Shown: piece by piece, positions 9,078 through 17,924 of the stretch
Layout: every line of letters begins with the position of its first letter
How positions within the stretch are numbered: position 1 is the stretch's first letter
From: an uncultured delta proteobacterium
Lineage (GTDB): Bacteria; Desulfobacterota; Binatia; UBA9968
Reading direction: 5' to 3'
DNA length: 64,000 nucleotides
Assembly: GCA_963745835.1 (NCBI GenBank)
Contig: CAVUZH010000003.1
Coordinates: 1,184,001 to 1,248,000, forward strand
Program-made: the position numbers and the translations under genes
The notes under the pieces: generated by a model
Databases searched by the model: none
Told to the model about the DNA's origin: nothing
What the model saw: the letters and a program-made list of their open reading frames with translations, nothing else

Positions 9078-10488
9078 CGCTCAGTTGCGTCATCTGCCCC
9101 AAAAATAAACTAGCTCGGGCAAAAAGAAAACAGCGCTTGAATTGTCCCTGGGTTAGTTCTTGGACTGCATGCGGCATATAAGCCATTGCGGAGGCGATAT
9201 GGCCCTGGGTTGGCGCATAGCCGGGCAATCCCTTTTCTTTCATGAATGCCGCAAGATCGCTTTTTGCCAGCTTGCCCGCCTTGACCAGGACGGCCCCGAG
9301 CATCCGGTAATTTCGCTCCGCAACGTCGCCGCCGTTCGCCGGCAAGGTGATCTCCGGGTTGTGCAATTCGGTGACAAATTTATCGATCGCCGGCACGCCC
9401 AGCTCTAGCCGGTTCAGCGGGTCGACAACCAGTGATTTCAGCTGCTGATCCAATGACGCGCCGGCCGATACCGGATGACGGCCGACGCCGGCCAGATTGA
9501 TAATCGGGCTTTTGCCGTCATCCCGGCCGACCCAGACCGCAACTGCCGCCTGCATGTCTTCCAACACCGGAATGTTTTTTTCAAGATGGTAGAGAAACTT
9601 CATGCCGAGCTTGGGCAGAGACGATCCACCGACAACAATGATATTTTCCGCGACACCGCTTAGCACGAGCGCGGCGGCGGTGACCATCGCAGGAATCGGC
9701 GCGGCGCAAAAATCTTTAACGTCGAAACCGGAAGCCATCTCACAACCGGAAAACTCGGCGATCGCTTTGGCTAAATTGCCGCCGCCGCGCTGATAACGGT
9801 CGCCGACGGCCTCCTCCGAACAGCCCAACACAAAATCGACCTCTTGCTTCTTCAGGCCCGGGTTTCCGGCAAAGATTTCCTCAAGCGACAAAGCCGCCGA
9901 GACCTTGCCACAGAGATTCTCCAACAACACTGTCGCAGATAGAGACTCATCTTCGTGATGCCCGTTGGCGATCCAGCCCACCGGTTCGATCTCACTGCCA
10001 ATAAACAGCGGCAGGCCGTCACCTTGAGCGATAATCGTCTTCAGCTTGTTTGAGTCAACAAGATTCGGAGCAGTCGTTGCAAGCGATCTACAAACGGTCG
10101 ATTGCTGCAGAGGCGCTGCAATCTCATTCCAGAAACGGTCGAGCAAGGCAACATGTTTGAACGGATCCGCCAGCGCGATCAGCGCGAGAAACAATCTTTC
10201 GTCGACGATGCTGCCGAAGGTCTTTCGCTCCTCCGTGAGTGTCGCCTGCTCTCCGAACCACGGTCGGCTGACTGACAATAGTTTCTCAGGCGCTTGCTGC
10301 CCGATGAAAACCTGATTGGGCAAGTAGCCCTGCGCTTGCTGAAAGGACCTAAGACTTCGGTTCAAGTCCGCGAGACGCGCTGGATTGGCGGCAATTTCCC
10401 GTTGCGGTTTTGACCCATACCGTGTCAGACTCGGGGTATGGATCAGGACGCTGGAGGCTGCTTTTACCACGGGTAAAAAATTTGCCAT
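9043..10488 (-). CDS. grdC: Glycine/sarcosine/betaine reductase component C subunit beta (FabH-like)
   Basis: YLPNQVFIG, CSEEAVGDRYQRGGGNLAKAIAE, FCAAP, ELHNPEIT and GYAPTQGHI motifs. Start set at MANFLP. Confidence 0.92.
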   Translation of the reverse strand: MANFLPVVKAASSVLIHTPSLTRYGSKPQREIAANPARLADLNRSLRSFQQAQGYLPNQVFIGQQAPEKLLSVSRPWFGEQATLTEERKTFGSIVDERLFLALIALADPFKHVALLDRFWNEIAAPLQQSTVCRSLATTAPNLVDSNKLKTIIAQGDGLPLFIGSEIEPVGWIANGHHEDESLSATVLLENLCGKVSAALSLEEIFAGNPGLKKQEVDFVLGCSEEAVGDRYQRGGGNLAKAIAEFSGCEMASGFDVKDFCAAPIPAMVTAAALVLSGVAENIIVVGGSSLPKLGMKFLYHLEKNIPVLEDMQAAVAVWVGRDDGKSPIINLAGVGRHPVSAGASLDQQLKSLVVDPLNRLELGVPAIDKFVTELHNPEITLPANGGDVAERNYRMLGAVLVKAGKLAKSDLAAFMKEKGLPGYAPTQGHIASAMAYMPHAVQELTQGQFKRCFLFARASLFLGQMTQLSDGMSVMLERQA

Positions 10489-10621
10489 GCTTGTTACTTC
10501 ACGTTGTATATATTGCGACACTGTCGCTCGAGCGGAGCATAGAGGAATAAAAAATGTTGAACGAAGAACGCTGTAACGAGTGATTTGTCAGGACAGGCAG
10601 GTTGATGACAAATGTCGATTG

Positions 10622-10748
10622 CAGGCTGCTCAAAAAGAGCTCAGAGCCGAGGCGCGCGAAAAATCGGCGAGCGGAGGCGTACTGAGCGGGTACGTTGTAG
10701 CGAGATGATCGAGCGCAACGAAGGATATGAGACTTTTTCAGCAGTCTG
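10622..10748. repeat. MITE/REP-like ~127-bp element, intact copy
   Basis: Terminal inverted repeats CAGGCTGCTCAAAAAG / CTTTTTCAGCAGTCTG (14/16); internal CGTAC-N7-GTACG hairpin. A second copy at 13537-15161 is split by the IS110. Confidence 0.85.
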
Positions 10749-12053
10749 TTAGTAAGCATTGCAGATCCAAGATTCCTTACCCCAATTATCGACACCGCCA
10801 ATCACCATATCGCGCGCGTCAAAGGTTAGTTTTCCTTCGGCCTGGGCAACCGGCGCACCAGGATAGCTGAGAATCTGCACCCGATCGTATGGGCCGACCA
10901 GACGTTGAGCTTCGGGCAGCTCCAACCAGCGGTCGCGGCTCCCAGTGCTTACCACGGCATCGGCTTCCGGAACATAGAACAGCAGCGGCGAATCGACGCC
11001 GTCCTTGCCACCGTACTCATAGGTTACCAGCACCGTGGCGATGCCGCGCCGTTCACACGCGCGCACCGTCAGCATCACGTCCACGAAGGCGTTACCGGAA
11101 CCTAGCCAGGTCACGACCGCCCCCTGCGCGCCGAGAGTCGCAGCCAATTGCGCGGCGTTTTGGGCGATCACTTCCTTGCCATGAAAAGTCTCGTAACGAA
11201 TGCGTTGCAAAATCATACCGCTGAAATTCAAGCGCCGGCCGTGATCGCGGTAAAGCGCGAGCATCAGAGGATGATTCTGCCAATCCCAGGTAATCGGAAA
11301 ATAACCGATGCCGCGAGTGGCATTGACTGCCATGGCACAGTCGAGCAACTCGTTGGGATGTACCACGGTCGAGAGCGATTCTCGTATCGGCAGACCGTAA
11401 TAGCTCACGCCTGAATGAACATGATGATCGTCGGTCAAACAGCCTTGAATTAAGACCACGTTCGGCAAATCCGCATGCCTTTGGCTGAGATCGAAAACCT
11501 CTACGTTCACGGCCTCAATGTCGATGGTCGTCTCGGCGAGACGGCGGGCAACTTGGAACTCAGCGGCTTGAATTGCCGTGTGCGCATCGAGTTCCGAAAG
11601 CCCTTCGCGCAGCTTCATGATCAACACCAGATGCGAAAGGCCGCCAAATTTTGACGCCGCCGCGCCCGCTCCCCACGTATCGAGGAGGGCGCTTCGCTGC
11701 ACGCCCAGTCCGGCTCTAACGGTTCCCTCGTACGCCGCCGTCGCGATCACAGCCATGCCGGATAAGCGATGGGTGCGACCGGCGCCGACCGCTTCCACCG
11801 GTCCGAGTATTCCGGCAAACACCTGACCGTTGCCGCTAACTTTCACCCGGGGCTCAACGATGTCGCGAATACCGGTGATGCGCACCTTGTCGCCAGGACA
11901 AACCACAGCCAAGGATGCTTCGGCGATTCGCTCGTCACGCAGGATTATTTCCTCCACCGCAGGTTGATCGATCGCGAGCGTTCCCGCGCGGTATTCAAAT
12001 GTCCGGCCCAGACGGATCTCTTTGACCGGGTAATCAGCCAGTTCGAGTCGCAT
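10749..12053 (-). CDS. Reductase component B non-Sec subunit (GrdE/GrdI-like), paralog 1
   Basis: MRLELADYPVKEI, PGDKVRITGIRDIVEPRVK, GRTHRLSG, HPNELLD, QNHP and DAVVSTG motifs. Confidence 0.88.
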   Translation of the reverse strand: MRLELADYPVKEIRLGRTFEYRAGTLAIDQPAVEEIILRDERIAEASLAVVCPGDKVRITGIRDIVEPRVKVSGNGQVFAGILGPVEAVGAGRTHRLSGMAVIATAAYEGTVRAGLGVQRSALLDTWGAGAAASKFGGLSHLVLIMKLREGLSELDAHTAIQAAEFQVARRLAETTIDIEAVNVEVFDLSQRHADLPNVVLIQGCLTDDHHVHSGVSYYGLPIRESLSTVVHPNELLDCAMAVNATRGIGYFPITWDWQNHPLMLALYRDHGRRLNFSGMILQRIRYETFHGKEVIAQNAAQLAATLGAQGAVVTWLGSGNAFVDVMLTVRACERRGIATVLVTYEYGGKDGVDSPLLFYVPEADAVVSTGSRDRWLELPEAQRLVGPYDRVQILSYPGAPVAQAEGKLTFDARDMVIGGVDNWGKESWICNAY

Positions 12054-12059
12054 ACTTGC

Positions 12060-13400
12060 TTACCCGCTCACCGCCATATTCGGGGTAAATAGCGTCGGTC
12101 CCGTGACTTCGGATTCGAGCGCTTTCAACGCGGTTTGAACGATCTCGCGCCGCAGCCGCGCATCGAGATCTTGCGGCAGACTCGGATCGCCGCAAGGATG
12201 AGGTATGCTGACGCCTTTAACGATGCGGGTGGCTCGCACCTGCTCGGCCACAGGATACATCGCGCTTACCAGGGCTACGGGAAGTCCCGCCTTCTCGAGT
12301 TCTTTGCTCATCACAGCGCCGCTGCGACTACAAGTCCCTCACGTCGCGACAAAGAGCACGCCCTCGACATTGTCCTTCTTCAGATCGGCGGCAATTTCCT
12401 GGCCGACGCGGCGCATCACCGCGGGGGAGCCCTGATTACCTGGAATAACGTAATAGGCCGGATACAGTTTGCCGGCGCCGATCACCCCTTCCGATTCTAA
12501 CGACCGAAGCGCATCCAGCGGCACGCCATAGTGCGGATTCTTGTTCATGTAGGCGACATTATAGCCGCCGTGAACAGCTTCCCATTTTCCCGGTTCAAGC
12601 TCTTTGAGCTCGGCGATATTGTATTTACGCCAATGGGTGTTGCGGTAGGTTTTGAACCGATCCGGATTGCCCCAGGGGACGACGCCGCTGGTGGTGATGA
12701 CGGCAATGTTGCGGGCTTTTAAATTATCGAGAGGCGGAGCCGGCGCAATATCGTCCCAGGCCTCCATCGGCACTTCAGTAGTGAAGGGCTCGTGATTGAT
12801 TTTTTTCAGCAACATATCGATGGCGCGATCGGCGCCGCTCCGATCAGTCTTTTCCAAACGCCGGATACCGCGGCTAAAGTAACCTTCCTGCAACGCCGGC
12901 CCGATGTTCTCGCCTCGAGCCAGGCGAGAGACTAATTTCGCCAGCGCCTTGAGCGCATCGGTCATGCCGGCGGCGGTCTCTGTTGTCGGTAAACAGAAAA
13001 CCCGAGGATCGGCCAGGTCGCGATAAGTGCCGATGGCGGGATTTTCTTCGTGCATTGCGGTGACGCAGGGAATTTCCAGGGTCGTGGCAACGGCGTGACA
13101 AATCTCGATGCAGCTCATGCCATATCGCCCGGAATTAAACGCCGGACCGGCGACTAGCGCTTGCGCTCCTCGAGAGCGAACCGCTTCGAGGATTGCCTTG
13201 ATGGCTTCCTCACTATGCTCGTGAAAGTAGTTGTCGCCATAATAGATCGTGCATGCGACCTTAGTTTCAGCGCCGAGCTGCGACTGCAGCCCGCGCGCCG
13301 CGCCGGCGGTCTCTTCGATCACGCCGACAGACATGCCCGCCTTCTCTTCGCCTCCAAACCCGGCAAAGAACTGATTAACGACATGGACGATTGTGGTCAT
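12060..13400 (-). CDS. grdB: Glycine/sarcosine/betaine reductase selenoprotein B (446 aa, UxxC)
   Basis: NQFFAGFGGEEKA, GPAFNSGRYG, HGGY. ORFs 12339-13400 and 12060-12314 join in frame through TGA 12341-12339 as VAT-U-GTCSRSGAVMSKELEKAG...IPHPCGDP. The substrate class (GrdB/F/H) is not assignable. Confidence 0.95.
12307..12334 (-). promoter_or_regulatory. Candidate bacterial SECIS hairpin of grdB
   Basis: GTCGCAGC-GGC-GCTGTGAT stem (two G-U pairs) with a G-starting loop 18 nt after the UGA. Confidence 0.65.
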
Positions 13401-13628
13401 CGAGAAATCCTCCTTTGCAGCGATCCGTTAAATAGAAGCACCCTATCATCTTTCGCGTATTCATCGATAGCTCGTGGCCGCGCCGAAAGGCTTGCTCCTT
13501 GGCTCCGGTTTCGGAATCCCCCAGTCCAGTAGTGTCCAAGATGCTCAAAAAGACCTCAGAGGTAAGGCGCGCGAAGTTCGATGAGCTGAGACTTTCTATG
13601 AGCCCTGTCAAGCCCCATCGATTTTATT

Positions 13629-14855
13629 TCACGCTGCCTGGCGCAATTTCTGTCGTGCAATGTTGGCCAAGTGGTGGGTTTCGTCATAAGGTTTATGATC
13701 TCTCCACAGCACAAAAATAATTTTCAACCACTTCGCTCCCAAAGCCCGAAGTGCTTGGGGATGGCTGTGTCCTCTGGCCCGTTGGTCTCGATAAAAGGCC
13801 TTGGCCCACTGGCTGCGGTTTATCGAGATAAAAGCAAACCAGTAGACGGCGTAGCGCAATTGTTTGTTACAAGAAAACCGAAACTCAACAATGCGACTCT
13901 TGCCACTCGATTTGGTCACCGGGACTGCTCCCGCTTCGGCCTGAAGGTGCTTAAAGGATTCCCATCGAGCTGGGGCATCTCCCAGCTCGGCCCAAAGGGC
14001 CGGCAGCAACGTTCCGCTTTTCCCTCCCGGCAGCTTCTCCACAAGCCTAGCGGCCGGTGTAGAGGCGAAAAAACGTTCGACCTTGTCGCTGTACTTCTCA
14101 ATGCTTCGCAGCGAAGCCTCAAGCTGATCGAGCAGCACTTCGAGCAACTGCGCCTTGGCTCTGACGACGTGATCGGGAACCACAAGTTGCGGCTTTTTCA
14201 GCTCCTCCCACCGCTTGGCACTGCGTGCTTTACCAAGATGAGGATGCTGCTGGGCAAATCGGCTCCACTGCTTACGGCTAAGCTTCGAGAGCGCCGTTGG
14301 CGTCGAATACTGCTTGAGAAAGTCTACTGCTATACGAGCCTCCAGATCCCCAAAAACCTCCACCGGTCGAGGATAGTACTCCTTGAGAGTGAACTTGAGC
14401 TGATTGAGCAAACGCGTTTTGTGACGCACCATTCTTTGCTGATCCCGGGTAAGCAGCTTAAGCTCCTGGGCCTGCTCAGAGCTTGGCCGAAGGGGCCTGA
14501 GGTGACCGTGGTCGGTTCGAAGAAAGTCCGACAGTACCCAAGCGTCAAAGGGGTCGCTCTTGGATTGACTCATGCGAAACCGGTCCCGAGCACGATCCAA
14601 GACCTTGGGATTGACCGGATAAACCACTACCCCATGATCCAAAAGAAAATCCACAATGCGCCCGTGCGGCTTCTCGATCGCCGCCCACAGCTCCACCTGC
14701 TCAGCTCTGCTCTGATTGAGCCAATGCGCCAACTCCGCCAGCCCTTCAGGGTTCTCTTGGACTTTCATCTCCATTACCTTTATCCCGTTCTCGTCGCCAC
14801 CGTAGAGCTGGTGTACTCGGTCTGCCCAATCTACTCCCAGATAATATCGTGGCAC
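13629..14855 (-). CDS. IS110 DEDD recombinase/transposase
   Basis: LGVDWA (D), AIEKP (E), KSDPFDA (DD), and the C-terminal domain with AGAVPVTKSSG; AAGGAGG precedes the GTG start. Confidence 0.95.
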   Translation of the reverse strand: MPRYYLGVDWADRVHQLYGGDENGIKVMEMKVQENPEGLAELAHWLNQSRAEQVELWAAIEKPHGRIVDFLLDHGVVVYPVNPKVLDRARDRFRMSQSKSDPFDAWVLSDFLRTDHGHLRPLRPSSEQAQELKLLTRDQQRMVRHKTRLLNQLKFTLKEYYPRPVEVFGDLEARIAVDFLKQYSTPTALSKLSRKQWSRFAQQHPHLGKARSAKRWEELKKPQLVVPDHVVRAKAQLLEVLLDQLEASLRSIEKYSDKVERFFASTPAARLVEKLPGGKSGTLLPALWAELGDAPARWESFKHLQAEAGAVPVTKSSGKSRIVEFRFSCNKQLRYAVYWFAFISINRSQWAKAFYRDQRARGHSHPQALRALGAKWLKIIFVLWRDHKPYDETHHLANIARQKLRQAA

Positions 14856-14894
14856 TTTGTTGTCCTCCTTCTTTGCTTACTTTACTCCAATAGC

Positions 14895-15080
14895 TGTGAA
14901 CGGAACGTTAGCCTTATATCGGTCCTCGACGGGACAACTTTCCATAGAACTTTTGACTCCGTTCTTTTGCTGGTCGGGACAGTCTCAGCTAGATCCTCTA
15001 ACGGAATCGCGTACGTAAGGTCCTCTAACCAGCAAGCTTCTTGGACGACAATGCAATATCTATCATCGAGTATGACTACA
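14895..15080 (-). ncRNA. Putative IS110 bridge RNA in the non-coding left end (boundaries approximate)
   Basis: Two stem-internal-loop-hairpin units whose loops match the target site (15009-15015, 14984-14990) and the donor junction (14937-14943, 14913-14919). Confidence 0.85.
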
Positions 15081-15161
15081 GTAATATAAGGCGTACGCTT
15101 CAGTACGTTGAAGCGCGTCGCCCGAGCGCAACGACGCCTATGAGACTTTTTCAGCAGCTTA

Positions 15162-16469
15162 CTAGTAATCAATGCATACCCATCTCTGCTCGCCCCAAAT
15201 GTCGGCTCCACCGATGATCACATCCCTTGCTTCCAACGACAGAGCGCCGCGGGCGGGACTCGCCGGCACGCCCGGATAGGATAATATTTTGATCTCATCG
15301 TACGGACCGATTACTTTGTCCATCGCCGGCAGCTCGACGGCGCGATCCAAGCTGCCGGTCGTGACCACGCCATCGGCTTCCGGCAAATAGAAAAGCAGCG
15401 GGCTATCGCGGCCTTCCTTGCCGCCATGTTCATAGGTTACCAACACTGTCCTAATTCCATTACGCTCGCACGCCTGCACCGTCAACATGACGTCGACGAA
15501 AGCATTGCCGCCGCCGATCCAGGTGAGCAGCGCTCCGTCGGCGCGAAACATTTTCGCCAGACGCGCAGCATTCTGCGCGCCCACTTCTTTCCCGTGGGCG
15601 GTCTCGAAACGGATGCGCTGCAAAATCACGCCGGCAAAGTTGAGATCTTTTCCATGGGCTTCGTACAGCCGCAGCACCAGCGGATGATTCTGCCAGTCCC
15701 ATGTAGTTGGATAGTATCCGCGGCCTGAACGAGTGGTGTCCACTGTGATCGCGCCGTCAAAGAGCTCATTGGGATGGACGAAGGTCGCCATCGATTGGCG
15801 CAGCGACAGGCCATAGTAGCCAACACCCGAGTGAACATGTTGCGGATCGGTAATACAGCCTTGGACCAGCATCACTCTGGGCAGGCCGGGAGTTTCCACG
15901 CTCAAATCGAAGCTGCGAACCGATTCAGGCGAGAGTTCAGCTGTTACTTGCGCCAGCCGCCGGGCAACTTTGTATTCGGCCAATTGAATCGCGGTATGCG
16001 CGTCCAATTCTCCCAGGCCAGAGGCGAGGCGAAAGCTCACCACCAGATGCGCGTGCGCGCTGAAGCGCGAGATCTCTGCCGCGGCTCCCGTCATATCTAA
16101 AATAGCACTGCGCTGCACGGTGGTGCCGGCGCGGATAGTGCCTTCGTATGCCGCCGCTGCAATCACCGTCATTCCAGAAAGCCGGTGCGTCGTCCCCTCT
16201 CCCACATCCACAACCGGCCCGAGAACGCCAGGAAAGACCTGGCCGTTTCCCGAAACCTTATAACGCGGCTCGACGATATCGCGAATGCCGGTGATCCGGG
16301 TTTTCTCCCCCGGCATGACTACGGCGAGCGAAGCGTTACTTATGCGCGGATCCTGGAGCACGAGACCCACCAATTCCCCTTCGTCCACTTCTAACGTGCC
16401 GTTTCGGTATGCGAAACGCCCTCCCAAGCGTAAATGCTTGACCGGAAATTCGGCGAGCTCTAGTTTCAT
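15162..16469 (-). CDS. Reductase component B non-Sec subunit (GrdE/GrdI-like), paralog 2
   Basis: Colinear with paralog 1: PGEKTRITGIRDIVEPR, HPNELFDGA, QNHP. Confidence 0.88.
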   Translation of the reverse strand: MKLELAEFPVKHLRLGGRFAYRNGTLEVDEGELVGLVLQDPRISNASLAVVMPGEKTRITGIRDIVEPRYKVSGNGQVFPGVLGPVVDVGEGTTHRLSGMTVIAAAAYEGTIRAGTTVQRSAILDMTGAAAEISRFSAHAHLVVSFRLASGLGELDAHTAIQLAEYKVARRLAQVTAELSPESVRSFDLSVETPGLPRVMLVQGCITDPQHVHSGVGYYGLSLRQSMATFVHPNELFDGAITVDTTRSGRGYYPTTWDWQNHPLVLRLYEAHGKDLNFAGVILQRIRFETAHGKEVGAQNAARLAKMFRADGALLTWIGGGNAFVDVMLTVQACERNGIRTVLVTYEHGGKEGRDSPLLFYLPEADGVVTTGSLDRAVELPAMDKVIGPYDEIKILSYPGVPASPARGALSLEARDVIIGGADIWGEQRWVCIDY

Positions 16470-16500
16470 AATCTAGCGTGCATTGTTCACCAACGAACGA

Positions 16501-16678
16501 CGATCAAGGGGCGAACCCTCCGGAACCAAGGCGATGGGCCTTTGCCTTGAGGCGGCCTGCGAACTGAAGTTCGGGACCAAGCGCCTAGGAAGTAATTTGA
16601 CTTCACTGCCAAACGCTAAACATCATTTGAAGCTGTTCAGCTCCGCGCCTTCGCTCCTCCGAGTTCTCCCCTTGATCG
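16501..16678. repeat. 178-bp element bounded by imperfect inverted repeats (second MITE-like type)
   Basis: CGATCAAGGGGCGAAC at 16501 versus GTTCTCCCCTTGATCG ending at 16678 (15/16); similarity extends to about 33 nt. Confidence 0.6.
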
Positions 16679-16707
16679 AGACCCCTGTCGTGAGCGTAAC
16701 CGACCCC

Positions 16708-17781
16708 CTATCGCGCACCGACTATCTTGGCAAATTCCTCGATGTAGGTTTTGAGATTGGGCCCGAGCTTGGGAGTTACCACGTAGTCAGGTGGAAGTTG
16801 AAATTCCTGAAATTTGCTGCGCACCCCCTTCATCGCAACCCCTTTCCCGAGTTTGCCTGCCAACACTGTTTGCCCTTCTTCCGAAAGAACCCAATCGGCG
16901 AAAAGCAATGCCGCATGCGGATGCGGCGAGTTCCTGGCAAGAAACAAACCCTCGGGCTTTACGATCTTCGGCGCTAATACTTTGAATCCCAACGGCGCTC
17001 CCTTATCGCGTATGGCCGCGGAGGTTTCGCCATTGATAGCGATGCCGATGGGATACTCGCCTGAACTCACCACCTGAGTGGTCAAAGCGCCGCCGCGCCT
17101 GAAGCTGAGATCCTGCTTGCGCAGCTTCGTCAGATAGTCTACCGCCTTTTCCCGTCCCCATGCCTGCTCCATCGCTGCCAGAATGTAGCCGGCTTCGGGA
17201 TCGAACAGCAGTTTGCCTTTCCACGACGGATCGAGAAGCGCGTCATAAGTTTGCGGCACCGACTCGGGCTTGACCAAAGTTGTGTTGTAAATCAACGCGG
17301 TGGTCAAATAATACATGCTGTGCCACGAGCCGCTCGGATCGTAAGTACCATCATAGAATCGATCCCGAGCGGCCAAGGCGTATGGATGGACTAAATTTTC
17401 ATTGATGAGCTGGTAACCGTAGCTCGAATCGACCTGGATCGCGTCCACGGCATGGCTGCCGGCGCGCGCCTCGGTGAGCGAGCGGTTAAGAATTCCCTCG
17501 CGTGGCGCGTAGTAGTGTTTTAGATTCAAGAATGGGTAGCGCGCATTGAAAGCCTTGCCGAGCTCGCTAAACTCATTGACCAAAATAGTTCCGTAATAAA
17601 CCAGCTCGCCTTCCTTTTGAGCTCCCTTGACGAGAAAATTCTGTTTGTCCTGAGGATTGAGCGTGCTGACTTTCGCCGTCACCTCCGCGATAGTCGCGGC
17701 GTCAATCCTGGCCGCGATAAGGATGACCAGCAATGACTGGCATAACGTTAAAACTCGGAGGGCCTTGACCGTTTTACGCAC
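16708..17781 (-). CDS. ABC transporter extracellular solute-binding protein (Fe3+/thiamine-type fold)
   Basis: Signal peptide; GAQKEGELVYY, LLDPSWKGKL and PHPHAALLFADWVLSEEGQ motifs. Confidence 0.85.
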   Translation of the reverse strand: MRKTVKALRVLTLCQSLLVILIAARIDAATIAEVTAKVSTLNPQDKQNFLVKGAQKEGELVYYGTILVNEFSELGKAFNARYPFLNLKHYYAPREGILNRSLTEARAGSHAVDAIQVDSSYGYQLINENLVHPYALAARDRFYDGTYDPSGSWHSMYYLTTALIYNTTLVKPESVPQTYDALLDPSWKGKLLFDPEAGYILAAMEQAWGREKAVDYLTKLRKQDLSFRRGGALTTQVVSSGEYPIGIAINGETSAAIRDKGAPLGFKVLAPKIVKPEGLFLARNSPHPHAALLFADWVLSEEGQTVLAGKLGKGVAMKGVRSKFQEFQLPPDYVVTPKLGPNLKTYIEEFAKIVGAR

Positions 17782-17924
17782 CGTTGTACCTGCCTTTCAC
17801 TCACCTAATATGATCGAACCAGTGTCATTCAAATTCATCCGTAGATGCTTCAGCCAAAATCCGCAGGATCGATACTGCATGCTTCCCGCTTGATGCTTGC
17901 GTCGGTTGAACTGCAGTAACCGGT

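Larger units (their letters stand above)
13589..15090 (-). mobile_element. IS110-family insertion sequence (~1.5 kb) with duplicated CT core
   Basis: Ends defined by alignment to the empty repeat copy. AG (CT on the minus strand) is present at both junctions (13589-90, 15089-90); no terminal inverted repeats. Confidence 0.93.
13537..15161. repeat. Second copy of the MITE/REP-like element, interrupted by IS110 (halves 13537-13590 and 15091-15161)
   Basis: Joining the halves gives a 125-bp sequence colinear with 10622-10748. Confidence 0.85.

Noticed and set aside
13671-15089. 472-aa plus-strand ORF spanning the IS110
   Set aside because: Antisense shadow of the recombinase gene with no recognisable motifs.
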